DNA of 64,000 nt from positions 14,012,001 through 14,076,000 of the forward strand of contig OX597831.1 in the NCBI GenBank assembly GCA_951406725.2. The letters run 5' to 3'. The position numbers and the translations under genes were made by a program. This document shows, piece by piece, positions 25,477-41,884 of this stretch. The notes under the pieces were generated by a model, which was given only the letters and a program-made list of their open reading frames with translations, did no database searches and had not been told where the DNA came from. Each line of letters opens with the position of its first letter. The first letter of the stretch is position 1. The stretch comes from Octopus vulgaris. Taxonomy: Eukaryota.

Positions 25477-26118
25477 GACCAAACAAAGAATATGGGAAGA
25501 AAGAGATCCAGATATCAGCTATTAGATTGTAAGACTGTTGTTTATGATGTTGTCGTAATTAGCTAAACAAGCTGAAGTAATCAAATCCGTTTCGGCCTCA
25601 GGTCGTGAAGCAACCGAGAAAGCCGCAGACGTAAATCTTGGCGTTAACCCTGATCTTGTGTTTTGTTACAAATACTACAAAACTAAGATCAGCCAATAAA
25701 CGTTTTATGATTCCACCATTAAAAGAGAAAAAAGCAAAGAAAATATTAGTTTACCTTTAAAACCTATTTGTTATATCAGTAACGGAGGGAGGAGGGCGTT
25801 TTCTTTCGTGGTGGTAGGAGGAGGGTTAATCTTATTGACAGAAACCAATATGGCCTCCTTATAAATGTCGTACTATGACGTGTGTGTGTGTGTGTGTGTG
25901 TGTATAACCGTATGCACACACAGACACGCACATATATGTAAAAATGTGTGTGTATGTGTATATGTGTGAGCGTGTAGGTTTGTGTGTGTGTGCGTGGGTG
26001 TGGGTGTGTTTGTGTGCACGGTTGATCATACGTCTGTATGCATGTACATATGTAATACATATATATGTGTGTGTATATATATATATACATGATGAATGTA
26101 TGTGTTTCATATATATAT

Positions 26119-26178
<60 letters not shown>

Positions 26179-26354
26179 GTATATATGTATATATATATAT
26201 GTACGTGTATATGTATATGTATATGTATATATATGCATATGTATGTAAGTATGTGTGTGTGGATGTATGTATGTAAATGAAAATGAGATGACAAAGAAAA
26301 GAATAAACGATTATCTATCTTATGAAATTCATTACCTTACACATCAAATATTCG

Positions 26355-26437
26355 AGGCTCTGATGAAGCTTTAACATGTTACTCAGGCACTCAGCTATGA
26401 GACCACTGCATCCCATAGCAGAAACAGCTGTAAGTTA
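26355..26437 (+). ncRNA. Type I hammerhead with long stem II
   Basis: GGCT CTGATGA A..GCTATGAGA..TCCCATAGC A GAAAC AGCT GTA AGTT; palindromic ACAGCTGT stem III. Confidence 0.6.
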
Positions 26438-26936
26438 GTGAGGTTCTTTAGACAATCGTTTCTTTCTTAGTCATCAATTTTCTTATTACGGCTCTCTAGT
26501 CGAGTAAGGCTTCGTTGTGAAGCATATATTGAGTTCTACACCAAGTTATTAGTCTCGCAGTGAACAATGCCTACGCGATATGTATGCATGTACGTATGTA
26601 TGTATGTATTTATGTATGTATGAGTATGTGTATGAGTATGTGTGTGCGTATATATATGTATATATGTATATATATATTATATATATGTGTATATATATAT
26701 GTGTATATATATGCATATATATATGTATATATGTATGTATGTATATATTTGTGAGTGTGTATGTATGCATATATATATTTATATGTATATGTATATGTAT
26801 ATATATATACATGCATATATACATACACATACACATACATACATGCATAGACAGATAGAGAGAGAGATACGTAGAGTCAGAGAGATATATTAATGCTTAC
26901 ACTCACACAAACGCCAACACATACACACGCATATAC

Positions 26937-26999
<63 letters not shown>

Positions 27000-27132
27000 T
27001 ATATAGGAAAGAGATAGAGATAGAGATAGATAGAAGATAGATAGATAGATATATAGGTAGGTAGGGGTAGATAGATAGATATAAACACACATACACACAC
27101 ACACACGCACAGGCATATATATATATATATAT

Positions 27133-27165
<33 letters not shown>

Positions 27166-27368
27166 CAGATATTGATACACGTGTACATCAGCGATTGATC
27201 TGGTGTGATAGGTAAAACGGGGGGGGGGGGAGAGACAGAGAGAAGGGATGTTTCTTTGCAGTGCAATTAGAAACATAGGACTTGGACGAGGCGATGGCAT
27301 AAGTCTAAGGAGATGAGTGGTGTGCACTGGAAGTATTCAGATAGATTTCATCACTGCACCAACCAGCA

Positions 27369-27410
<42 letters not shown>

Positions 27411-27813
27411 TGTGTGTGTGTGTGAATGTGTATGTGCGTATAGGTGTGTATACATATATAAATATATGTGTATGTGTGTATGTATATACATATATATATA
27501 CACACACATATATATATGTAGACTTATCTATCTATATATATACTTATATATGTATGTATATATATATATATGCATGTACACATAGTTATGTATATATAGA
27601 TAGAAACATACATATAATATATATATATATCTGTGTATCTGTATGCATATGTACATATACATGTATATCTCTACGTATTTATATATAAATGTGTAGTATT
27701 TGTATACATACATATATATATATATACATATGAGTGTATGTGTGTTTACATATAAATACATATTTAAATATATACACAGTATATATCTACATCCCATATA
27801 CATTCATACGTAG

Positions 27814-27881
<68 letters not shown>

Positions 27882-29579
27882 GCAGAAAAAGGGAGAGTGA
27901 GAGGAGAGAGTGTGGGAACGAGAGAGAGAGAGAGAGAGAGAGAGAGTGGTAGGAACCCACCAAGTGCTAAATCCATATAATGATAAAGTGTTATAAATCG
28001 TCTGCATAAAACATTTTCTATTACCATCAAATATATCGTATTCCAAAAATGTTCTGCCGATAAATTATCGTCTGTTTTACGATAAATTTATCGTCTGCTC
28101 CACGAGCCCTTTCAAGTATTCTTTCTCGGCCTCCATATTGAGTCGAGGAAACCATACATTTACAATAAAATATCACCACCTCCCTTTTATTACCACATAA
28201 ATATGTCATTTGATGAAATGCCATTCGCTTTCCTTACTTTTTAATTACTTATTTCTTTGTTCCGGTGTGTTTTTATTTGGTTGCCTTATAATTTCGTTTC
28301 TTCGTTTTAAAAAAGAATAGATGAAACAGGATCTTTGCTAAAGTAATTTTAAAGTGTTTTATTATCTAGATATATGGAAGAAGTCATTTGCTTACTTTTA
28401 CAGCGGTACTTGATCGATTATTCTCGAAGGTAATTGTTATAAACGGATCGTTTGGAACAAATTGCAAGGATATGCCTTTAAATATAATAAATACACAATG
28501 ATTGAGTAAAAAATTGGGTGATTGCTAATTTAAACATATGCCGTCTTGGAACTGATATTACAGTCACTTCTTTTAGTAATTTTGAGAAAATATGATATAC
28601 ATTAGCTCCAACAACAGCAGGAAAACCAAAGGAAACCCGTAGCTTACATTTAGATGTGTTATGAGCGCAAAGACTCATAAGGCGAGAATTTAACCTAGTT
28701 TTCGTGGCGTATATGTCTCTGAAATTACAACATTCTACTTTAATGGGATGCCGGTTCGATATTACTGGAACTCATTTCTGGAACTCCATAAGCTACAGCG
28801 GTGATGGTTCCAGGTGATTTGATCAACGGAACAACTTGCTCGTGGCTGAGCACTCCACAGACACGCATACCTTTAACGTAGTTCTTGGGGAAGATTCAGT
28901 GTGGCACAGAATGTGGCAAAGCTGGCCCCTTTGAAATACAGGTACAATTCATTTATGCCAGCTGACTGGACTGGAGGCACGTAAAGCAAAATGTCTTGCT
29001 TAAGGATGCAACGTGCCGCCAGGAATCGAACTCACGACCGTGAGCCAAAATACACCAACCACTAAGCCGCGCGACAACACTCAATGTCAGGCTGGCCCTT
29101 TAAAATGCAGGCACTTTTCGTTCGCAGCCGTGTGAAACGGGGCAATGCTAACTGGAATGTCTCTCTCACAAACCCAATGCACCGACCGGTCCGGGAAACG
29201 AAACTAGGATTTTACCATCGTGAGTGCAACACACTAACCATTGAGCCACGCGCTTTCAGTGCATGGTTGATAGACGTATTAAAAATAGGAAGGACATACC
29301 CTTCAAAGTTTCGCTAGTCGTTACTAAAAAGAAGGACACATTGGGCAGTGCAATCCTTGATATACATAAACAAGATGAAAAGATTGAACGTCACGGCTGG
29401 AACGTCTTTCATCAAATGTTTATTAAAACAAGGCTGACATGAATATGAAGAGCAACAATGGCAAATTCATGTTAGGGGAAGTCGTACGGCACTGGGAAAG
29501 ATTTACACAGTTGGAGTGTAATATATACATTCATGTGTGTATGTGCGTATGTGCATATGTGTGTGTGTCTACCTCTCTT

Positions 29580-29722
<143 letters not shown>

Positions 29723-29877
29723 TTTATTTATGACGGACGAATAAAATAGGAGTGCTCAATGTATGATGTAAAGGATGTGTTTTTCCTTTTTATTGAAGCT
29801 GGAAAGCAAAGTTTTTCTCGTGACTCGAGTTTCGTTTTGAGATTAGCCGACGGACAAACAGACAAACAAGCATTCTA

Positions 29878-30062
<185 letters not shown>

Positions 30063-30456
30063 CATACAGACAAACAGACAGATCTACCTCTGTGTATTAA
30101 TCTATCTATATATGTATGTGTATAGGTATGTAAAAAACGGCTGTTTCCGTTGAGTCTCATTCCGTCCATAATTAGTCATAGAAAGACAATGTTTAACACC
30201 AGTTACCATAGCAACTGTGCTGATTCCAAAACAGATGTAGATTGAATGGATCTAATCTATAATTGGTATGTCCACAATTCTTCAAATGGCATCTAAGGTT
30301 AATGGCTTTGTAGACACAGAGCTTCCTCAGTACCACTGCCGCCACCACCAACACCACTACCAACACCACCACAACCACCACTACCATCACCATCATCATT
30401 CACACTTTCAACACTCACATTGCTGCATGTTTTTTTATTATAAACTTCATCATAAA

Positions 30457-30529
<73 letters not shown>

Positions 30530-30824
30530 TTCATCTTCATCACCATTTCTAAGCTGTAGTCATTTTCATCATTATAACAACCATTCTCATCATCGTCGCG
30601 CTTTTTGTTGTAACGAGGTTCATCGTTGCACCAACAATGTCAGTGACAGGGTCGCAGTTTGGCGCCAATTTTCCCAATCGGTTTCACACCGGATATTAGA
30701 TAACCGGTCAATTAACTAACACAACAAGCACTTCAAATATGGGAGGTATGAAAAAATATGGCGCGCGAGATAGAGAGAGACATCGGAGGGGATAGAGAGG
30801 GAGATGCTTATACATGCGTATATA

Positions 30825-31050
30825 CAGTAATCACCCGCCATATCGCGGTTCACTGATCGCGGTTTATTATTTACGCTTACGTCAATTCCTCCGATGTGTT
30901 GTTTTGCATTTATAATAAAATAAATATATACAAATTATAAAAATAATTTTTAGAATATACAGTGCAACACTGCTTCTACTCCGCGGATTTTCACTTATCG
31001 TGGGGAGGAGGGGATAGAACGTAATACCCGCGATACCTGAGGGGTTACTG
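30825..31050. mobile_element. pogo/Tigger-type MITE
   Basis: TA|CAGTAATCACCCGCCATATCGCGG ... CCGCGATACCTGAGGGGTTACTG|TA. Confidence 0.8.
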
Positions 31051-31061
31051 TATATTCATGG

Positions 31062-31209
31062 ATCAAAGTAGTTTCATTCAAATTCCTTGGTACTCTGAGT
31101 TTCAAGCGTGACGCTAATCTTAGGCCATTTAATTCAAACTCAATGGACGAAGATTAGCGTCACACTTGAAACTCAGAGTACCAAGGTGTTTGAATCAAAC
31201 TGTTTTGAT
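31062..31209. repeat. 60-bp-arm fold-back containing a hammerhead-like 3' half
   Basis: Arms 31062-31121 / 31150-31209; GAAAC TCAGA GTA at 31168-31180. Confidence 0.7.
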
Positions 31210-31669
31210 ACACACATGTAACTTCCAATAAATGTGTTGAGTGCCCTTCTTTCGTTTGTCTACTCACTCCTATATATATATATAATCAAAATAAGTAACA
31301 GGATTTCAAGTAGTAATGCAGTACGACCGTTTCAAGCGACTCCATTTAATTGAACAATGCTATCGTTACATCAGTTTAAATTCAGCACTATCTTCAGCTG
31401 CACAAATATGGAACTTCAACAGACAAGATACATTATTATAATTTTTCTTAAATATTTCAACAGAGCAAGAGGATGGAAGAAATTCATGTTGTCGCTATTG
31501 TATGAAGGATAGCTAAGAGAAGAGACTACAATTTTTTAGAGTGGCATGGAATACAGTAGGGTCATAGGGTTGTAATTCATTTCCAATTTACGTATCTCTT
31601 TATCATCAACTAAAATCTGAGACTAGAAGACTGCGTATAAAATGCTTAAATAGTATTGACTATTAATTC

Positions 31670-32310
31670 TGCCACGAAGGGATTTCCAAGATATACCCCG
31701 ACACCATATCATCACAGATCCTCCTCCATGTTTAACAGTTGGAAGAAGGCAGTCTGGGCCAAATGCTTCTTTGGCTGTCTCCACACGTATACTCCGCCGA
31801 TGGTCGGAAATAAGGTAAAGAATGACTCGTCCGAGAAAATAACATTCTTCTATTGCTCTGGGGACAAATTCTGTGGGTTTTTACTCCACTCTAAACGCTT
31901 TGCAACGCTTGTTTTTCTTATTGTAGCCCTCCCGGGAAATCCGGCTTTGTACAGCTCCCGGTGAGCAGTTTTTGTGGAAACTGGGTTCTCGAGCTTGTCA
32001 TTAAGCTCTGTAGTAATTCTAGGAGCTGTACTTTTGTGATCCTTTCTAACACTTCGCGTAAGAGTCCGGAGTTTTGTTTCGACGAGGAGGTTTTTCCCTC
32101 TTTATCAAAGGCTGTCATTACTTTCGAGACAGTACTTCTTGATACACCAAACATTTCGGCTGTTTTCGTAACGCTAGCGCCTGCCATATGGGAACCAACA
32201 ATTTGACCTCTTTGAAAGTCCGACGGATCAGTCATTTTAATGAATTTTAATTACCTTTTTCTAATAATATCTGAAAAGAAACACCAATTTTAGCAAAATA
32301 TATTAAGCAA
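31670..32310 (-). mobile_element. Tc1-family transposase pseudogene, N-terminal half
   Basis: MTDPSDFQRGQIVG..FGVSRSTVSK (paired-like HTH), NVIFSDES and PTVKHGGGSVMIW; frameshifted and truncated. Confidence 0.85.
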
Positions 32311-33455
32311 CACTCCCGCTATTTCCCACTCGTTTATTTCCTCTGCACATTTCCCTTTGTCTCTGATTTTTTTCTAATCCTCCAATCCCGCAATCCTCTA
32401 CCAATCTCTGCTCCTCCCTCGTAACCGGTGTCCGACCAGCCGTGATCTTTATTTAAGCTTTCACTCCATACACGCCAGTTCAATTTGAATCGTTCTCAGT
32501 CGAAAGACGCCTGTTGTTATTTCTTGTTGTAATCGTAATTGTGTACCATGTTCTCTTTTCCTTTTGTTTGTATGTTTTTTCGTCTTTGTTGCCGTACACA
32601 TTCGCTAGCTTTCTTACAAAGGAGTCTAATGCTCTTAGCTTAGACTTTTTGGGGACAACCAGATCGAACCATCTCAAGTGTAACTGTCCGAAATGGTCGT
32701 GACTTCTGGTACTTCACTGATGAAAGAAAGCCAAGAATGACCCGTCTTTTTTTTGCCTGTCCTTCTAATTGTTGTTTCTCTTGTCCACCTTTGTTTCGTC
32801 TATCTGTCCGAACGATATAATGTCCTCTATTGCGTTTTTCTTCCATTCATATATATATATATATATATATATATCACTATGAAGTGTGGTACACAGACAG
32901 AGGGAGACACAGAGAGGAAAAGCAGATAAGAGTGGAAACGTGAGTTCTGTGGATGGAGATGTTACGGCATAATCTAGTTGTTCCGTTATGCTGTAACTGA
33001 TACAGTTGGGTAGGTTACTCTGAGCGTTATAAATCCGGGATATCTGTCATTGTCTTGCTGAGAGCAACGGTCCATATAATATGTTGGCAATCACCAAGCA
33101 CGTGCCAACAGCCTTGTTCCTGTTAGTCATTATCTTGCTTTAGCCATAACAGCTAATGCAATGATGGAGCGACCTCGTTCATATGAACGATATAGAAATA
33201 CACACATACCCACACGCGCACACGCGTACGAGTACAAGTATGCATACATGTAATTATATACATATATGTATGCGCGTGTGTGTGTGTGTGTGCACGCGTG
33301 TGCTTGCGTGTACATGTATACATATATGTATGCGCGTGTGTGTGTGTGTACATGTGTGTGCCTGCGTGTATATACATACGTATATATATATATATACATA
33401 TATATATTTATTTATATATATATGTACATATATACTTGGATACACACACACAACG

Positions 33456-33543
<88 letters not shown>

Positions 33544-33971
33544 TATACACGCACCTGTGTAAGAACTTACACAAAAGTATGTTGATGATGCTATGTTATG
33601 TAAGAGTGTGTGTGTACATATATATATATTTGGTGTGTATTCGTATGTGTGAATGTTTGTATGCAGAAAAAGAGAGAGAGAGAGAGGGGGGAGAGAAAGA
33701 CGTACATAGATACAGAAGCACGTAATTAAATTCCTTTACCGAGTTACTTTGTAAGCTTCTCGTTAATTATAAAACCTTGGCTAATAAACATATACAGCTG
33801 AATGGTGTCTGTCTGTTCGTCCGATTCTTAGGCTGTCTGCCTGGCTATCACTATGGTGATCTGTATCACATACATTTATACGTTCGTACAAATACGTATA
33901 TATACACACGCACGCACACATATATACATATGTACGCACATGCAGACGCATAAATGCACACTTGTAGGCGC

Positions 33972-35870
<1,899 letters not shown>

Positions 35871-36650
35871 AAATTAAATATAAGGATAAAATCTATATGA
35901 AAATTTATCAAGTAGTCAGCGTGAAAAACGAAATAAGGGAAAAATTTATCCAAAATGTATAATCAGTTTATTCCTTTTTAAATACATTGATTATATTAAG
36001 CGCATTACTACACGTAAATGCCTCTTTCCATAAGGAACTCTTGAAGTCGAAACTACCTTAGTAAATATACGGTATACCGACAGCTAGGGAATACAACTTG
36101 GAAGTCGTCTCTTGAAAACCGATTCAGCCGCAGATCATATGGTTTCATAGTTAGTGTGCATAATCCATTTTCTCATCGTCAGTGCAGGCGTAATCAGATT
36201 ATGGCTGCACTGACGAGACAGGAGTTATGTAACCATTATAGATTTCCGATATAACAGGTGTATAATTGTTAATGAGGACAACAACCGCTAAGGCAAACAA
36301 GAAACGTTCAGGCAAGATACGTTCGCGTTTATCTCTGGATATTTACACTCTTAAGGCTAAAACCAAACATGGATTTACTCAGGATTGCACCTAAGGACTT
36401 ATGGACTAACAACTACACAATCAGAAAGTTGAACTGTGAACTTCTATGCTTATTGTTTCTTCTGTTTCTTTATTTATTTATTCCTTTTCCCCTGTCCTCT
36501 ATGTCATCATTCCTTAATTTATACCCTTCACATTTTCCCTATTTGTTTCTGATGACAGAATATCCCATACTCTGGGATATCCCAGAAACAACTGTAAGAC
36601 TTTATATTTTTCCAATAATAATAACTTGAGACTTGAGACGTTTGTCTTGC
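35871..36650. mobile_element. Divergently oriented Penelope-like remnants with two hammerheads
   Basis: Minus hammerhead 36128-36187 and plus hammerhead 36545-36600. Segment 36345-36450 (IYTLKAKTKHGFTQD) has a second copy at 40660-40765 (HTINAITVRGLTQD). Confidence 0.6.
36545..36600 (+). ncRNA. Type I hammerhead
   Basis: GTTT CTGATGA C A GAATATCCCA TACTC TGGGATATCC CA GAAAC AACT GTA AGAC. Confidence 0.7.
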
Positions 36651-36671
36651 CTTAGCGTTTGTTACCCTTTT

Positions 36672-36777
<106 letters not shown>

Positions 36778-36818
36778 GTATATATATGTATATATATATA
36801 TATATATATATGTATATT

Positions 36819-36871
<53 letters not shown>

Positions 36872-37604
36872 TTATATATATATATATGTGTGTGTGTGTG
36901 TATGTATATAAGTAATAATTTGAAAAATCCGTTTATTGTATTCAGCTACCTGATGTCATCAACAGTATGGATATAAATGTCACGGTGTTTACTTCAGGAA
37001 TTCCTCCGTGTCCTTTGAGAATATAACAAATGAATGGAAGAGAAAATAGAATTCACGAGTTTTTTATTAATCACAACGACCGTTTCGACCCAGCGAGACG
37101 TTTCATACTTTAGTTTGTCTTATCATTTTATGACTTTATTTAGTAATATATATTTGTCAACGCAAATATAGTACCTGCTCATTGAATACTTATCTAATTC
37201 AGTCACAATGCATCAAGGACTACATTATCGAAGGGTACAGCTTGGGCGAGATTTGATTAGTATTTCTAGCTTACCGAACTAACACGTAAAGTCTCCTTCG
37301 CCCGGCACGTGGAACGTGTATATGTTTGAGTATGCGAGCGTGTACTTTTGTGAGAGATTTGCATCAATGTAAACATGAGCATGTTTATATAAGAGACACA
37401 TAGAGGATTCTAGAGCTAGTTAATATAGAGGGCATAGGGTTACGAAACAGAGATACTTAGGCACGCAACACTGAACAGGAAAAACTTTGACATCAATGAA
37501 ACCCCTGTTTTATACGCATGCACAGAAACACACACACACACACGTAGACATACACAAATGCATACATATATATATACATATATATGTGTGTCTGTGTATG
37601 TATA

Positions 37605-37660
<56 letters not shown>

Positions 37661-37666
37661 CATATA

Positions 37667-37784
<118 letters not shown>

Positions 37785-38094
37785 ATATTCGTACACACAC
37801 GATTTCATTCATTCATTTGTAGATGAATAGATACATAGAAAGTACACATGAGAGCAAAGATAAATATTTATCCAGCATCCACACAAAAAAAGGCATAGGT
37901 TTATGTATGTGTGTGTGTATGTGTGAATGCATACATGATTATATGTATCTATTTATGTAAATATATATACGCGTACATTGTATGGGTGCAAGTGTTTATA
38001 TGTGCGTGGCAGTACGAATGCATTTATGCGCCTTTGTATACGTGGGGATATATAAATCTCTCTCTTTGCGATTATTTATTTATACGCAGAAAGA

Positions 38095-38130
<36 letters not shown>

Positions 38131-38131
38131 C

Positions 38132-38215
<84 letters not shown>

Positions 38216-39037
38216 GTGCATACATACATACATTACATACATACATGCATGCATACATAGATTCTTTCATGTATCTGTGTACAGAAATGCATGCGTATAT
38301 ACGTATACATGTGTGTTGTGTATGTTTACAATACGCGTGTGTTATACACCACACACTTATGTACGTAGACAGTCACCTTTATATAGTGTATAGATATGTG
38401 TGTGTGTGTATGTGTGCATACATATACGCATAAATACATATATACATACATCATATATATATATATATATATATATAGTAATACTAAGCAATATAGTAAT
38501 ACTAAGCAATTAATACTTAAATTTTCCTCGAATGAGGCTTTTACATGCCGAAGACTACTTGGTGTAATTGATAATTAGTCCAAATTAATTAATGTCACCC
38601 TTCATTGTTACTTATATATATATATATATTTACATACATGAATAAATATTTATGCATAACACAATAATACATTAGAAACCTATGTTTAAAGTAGTTAAAT
38701 TAGCTTTTAAAATGACTTTTCAAAAATATCTTGAGAAGTAAATTGTAATAGCAAAACTTCAAAGTAAACAGTTACCAGCTACTATTAATGTTATATTATT
38801 TCAACTCAACAAATAATATTGGGGTTTATTCCGTGCATGTTTATTATGTCAATTATACAAACATTTGAAGCAAGTATGTATTTACACACACACACACACA
38901 CACACACATATAGTATGAGAGAAGGAAAGGCTATACGTGTCAATGGCATATGTGACCGATGGTTGTACAAGATGCTAGGTTACTGAAATGTATTATATAT
39001 ATATATAATAGTAAAACATATTTCCTTGTTCTAATTA

Positions 39038-39617
39038 ATGTAATTCGCCCATCAGGTGCATGAGAAAAATATCCTTAACTAACATGGCAGTGTGGATGAG
39101 GGTGGTGAGCTGGCAGAATCATTAGCACACCAGGGGAAATGCTTAGAGGTATTTCGTCTGATGTTACGATCTGAGTTCAAATTCCGCCAAGGTCGAGTTT
39201 CCTTTTCATCCTTTCGGGGTCGATTAAATAAGTACCAGTTATACACTGGGATCAATGTAATCAACTTAATTCCTTTGTCCTTGTTTGTCCCCTCTATGTT
39301 TAGCCCCCTGAGGGCAATAAAGAAATAAATCAATGTAATTCACCCATCAGGTGCATGAGAAAAATATCTATATCTAATATGGCTACGTGGATGAGGGCGG
39401 TGAGCTTGTAGAATCATTAGCACACCTGGTGAAATGCTTTTGTCTCGTACTACGTTCTGAGTTCAAATTCCGCCAAGGTTGACTTTGCATTTCACCCTCT
39501 CGGGGTCGATAATTTATGCACCAGTTATGCACTGGGGTTGATGTAATCGACTTAATCCCATTGTCTGTCCTTGTTTGTCCCCTCTATGTTTAGCCCCTTG
39601 TGGGCAATAAAGAAATA
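39038..39617 (+). repeat. Tandem duplication of flank plus family B SINE (about 295-bp unit)
   Basis: AATGTAATTC(G/A)CCCATCAGGTGCATGAGAAAAATATC precedes both SINE copies. Confidence 0.8.
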
Positions 39618-39718
39618 ACAAATGTTACATAGTGCAAAGCATTACTATATTATATATTATATTATTATTATTATATGCTGCAAAAAACATGGACATTGAT
39701 GGAAACTCTCACAAGCTA

Positions 39719-39959
39719 TTGGGTTGGGGCATAATTGTTGCGGCATTTTTTCAAGAAATTTTGTTCAACAGGGGCAGCAGCAGTATTTAACAAAAACATC
39801 TTTAAATGACATTCTGACCATCTGCCAAGCAAATGGGAAGCAGTAATTGAAGTAGATGGTGAATATGCTCCAGAATAATCATTTAAAGATGTATTTGTTA
39901 CATGTTCTTGTTGAGTGGAATTTGTTGAAAAAGGTCGCAATAATTATGCACCAACCCAA
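39719..39959 (+). mobile_element. Internally deleted mariner (MITE-like)
   Basis: TA|TTGGGTTGGGGCATAATT ... AATTATGCACCAACCCAA|TA; keeps transposase C-terminus HLPSKWEAVIEVDGEY. Confidence 0.85.
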
Positions 39960-40151
39960 TAGAAGCTTTTGAAATATGAACATAAAAGGTGGTGCTCCAG
40001 CATGACCACAGTTAAAATGACTGAAACAGGTAAAAGAATAAAAGAATAAAACATACACATATGTACATATATACATATACGTATATACGCATATATACAT
40101 ATATATATATATATGCACATACATATACACATATATACATAGACATATACG

Positions 40152-40183
<32 letters not shown>

Positions 40184-41174
40184 TGGATGTATATATGTAT
40201 ATATGTATGTATATATGTACGTAAGTATTTAAGTACGTATTTGTGTACGTAAGTACGTATGTATGTACGTCAGTACGTCTGTATATATGTATGTATGTAT
40301 GTATGTATGAAACTAAGTATGCATGTGTGTATGTATGTATGTGGTATGCATGTATTTATGTATGTGTGTGAATGTGTGTATGTATGTATGTGTATGTATG
40401 TATGAAACAACAAAGTCAAAAGAACACTGTCTGCGAAATCCATTTCTTTTCCTAGTTTCTACAAATGGCTCACATATAATCAACATTTACCGAAATCTTG
40501 TTTTCTTGATCTCCCTCCTCCGCTACCTCCACCACAACCACAACCACCACCACCACCTCTATTGCCTTCTTCATCCTGTGCATCCATTAACCTAGCTTTG
40601 TCCTTTCTCATCCAAGAATCATTACATCTGACACACGAGTAGCATCTTCAGCTTTTGACACACTATTAACGCTATAACTGTACGTGGACTTACACAGGAT
40701 TGCGCCTAAGGACTTACCGACTAACATTTACACTATTGGAAAATTGAACTGTGAACTTTTATGTCTCTCATCCAAGATACATTACGACTGACACAATAGG
40801 AGTATCTTCAGACATTATCAATCGTGTAAGGATCCAAAGAGAGGAGCCTCTATGTGATTACTCAGCTCGGTGCTAACATATTTAACGCAGTGAAACAAAA
40901 TATATAATTAAATAATAACTTAATACCTCCACCCTTAGTGAGGAGAAAGAAAGTCATCGACGTTCTTCCTCCAATGTTCTCGACTCTGAACTGTCTTTTT
41001 ATGTCCCCTCCATCTCCACTAATGGAAGGCCTTCCTCTCCCTATGGACATTAGTTTTGAATTGTCATCGATGCATTTATAACTTTACATTTTTCTCTAGG
41101 TAGAGGTATTCGCCTTGCGCAAACCCATTTTTGGCTCTAGGGAGTTGTGGTCCATATTAGTCTAGCCTCTGGGC

Positions 41175-41400
41175 CCGTGGTTCCTAAAGTGGGTGGTATT
41201 GAACCCCTAGGGGCGGTGGAAAGTTCCAAGGTGGCGTTGAAGAAAAGTGGAGCGAAAATGAGGTAGCGATTCATGTAAAAAGCGGTGCGATAATGGGGAA
41301 GTGATTCAGGTAAAAATTGGAGTGATAATGGGGTAGCGATTCACGTAATAACAACGAAATAATGGGTTGATTAGGTTACGTTTTATTTGTGAAATACAGT
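41175..41400 (+). mobile_element. hAT/Charlie-like terminal fragment
   Basis: CCGTGGTTCCTAAAGTGGG resembles the CAGTGGTTCCCAAA hAT end; no partner TIR found. Confidence 0.4.
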
Positions 41401-41884
41401 TGCTTTGAATTTGCTTCAGAAAGAGGTCTATGTTTCTGAGGGTTAGTTGGAGTGGGGGTAGTAAGAATGTGGCCTGGGTGTCAAGGGGGTGGCAGCCTGA
41501 AAATGGCAGCTCTAGACTGACTTGTGCAGTATAGGAATCCCTACAAGGAGGCTTGCACTTTTCTGGCATATCTCGCAGAGTCACTGGGGCAAACAAGCCA
41601 CCACAACACAACAAGGACAAGACCTTGTGCTAAATGTGTATATTATACGTAGGCATACTGTTGCTAAGAATTTTGTCTTCAAATTTTGACCCAAGACAAG
41701 CAATTTCAGAGAAAGGCCTAAGTCGATTACATCGACCCCTGTGCTTAAATGGTACTTATTTTATCGACCCCGAAAGGAAGAAAGGCAAAGTCGACTTCGG
41801 CGAAATTTGACCCGAGAACGTAAAGACGGATGAAATTCCGCTAAACATTTTTTCCGGCATGCTGACGAATTTGCCAGTTTCAGT

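Noticed and set aside
31325-31375. Minus-strand GAAACGGTC hammerhead halves here and near 37075
   Set aside because: No matching stem I plus core found; suggestive of Penelope tails but not supportable.
32440-32850. Possible Penelope-like 3' region with CTGATGA at about 32718
   Set aside because: Core elements are in the wrong order and the peptide similarity is too weak.
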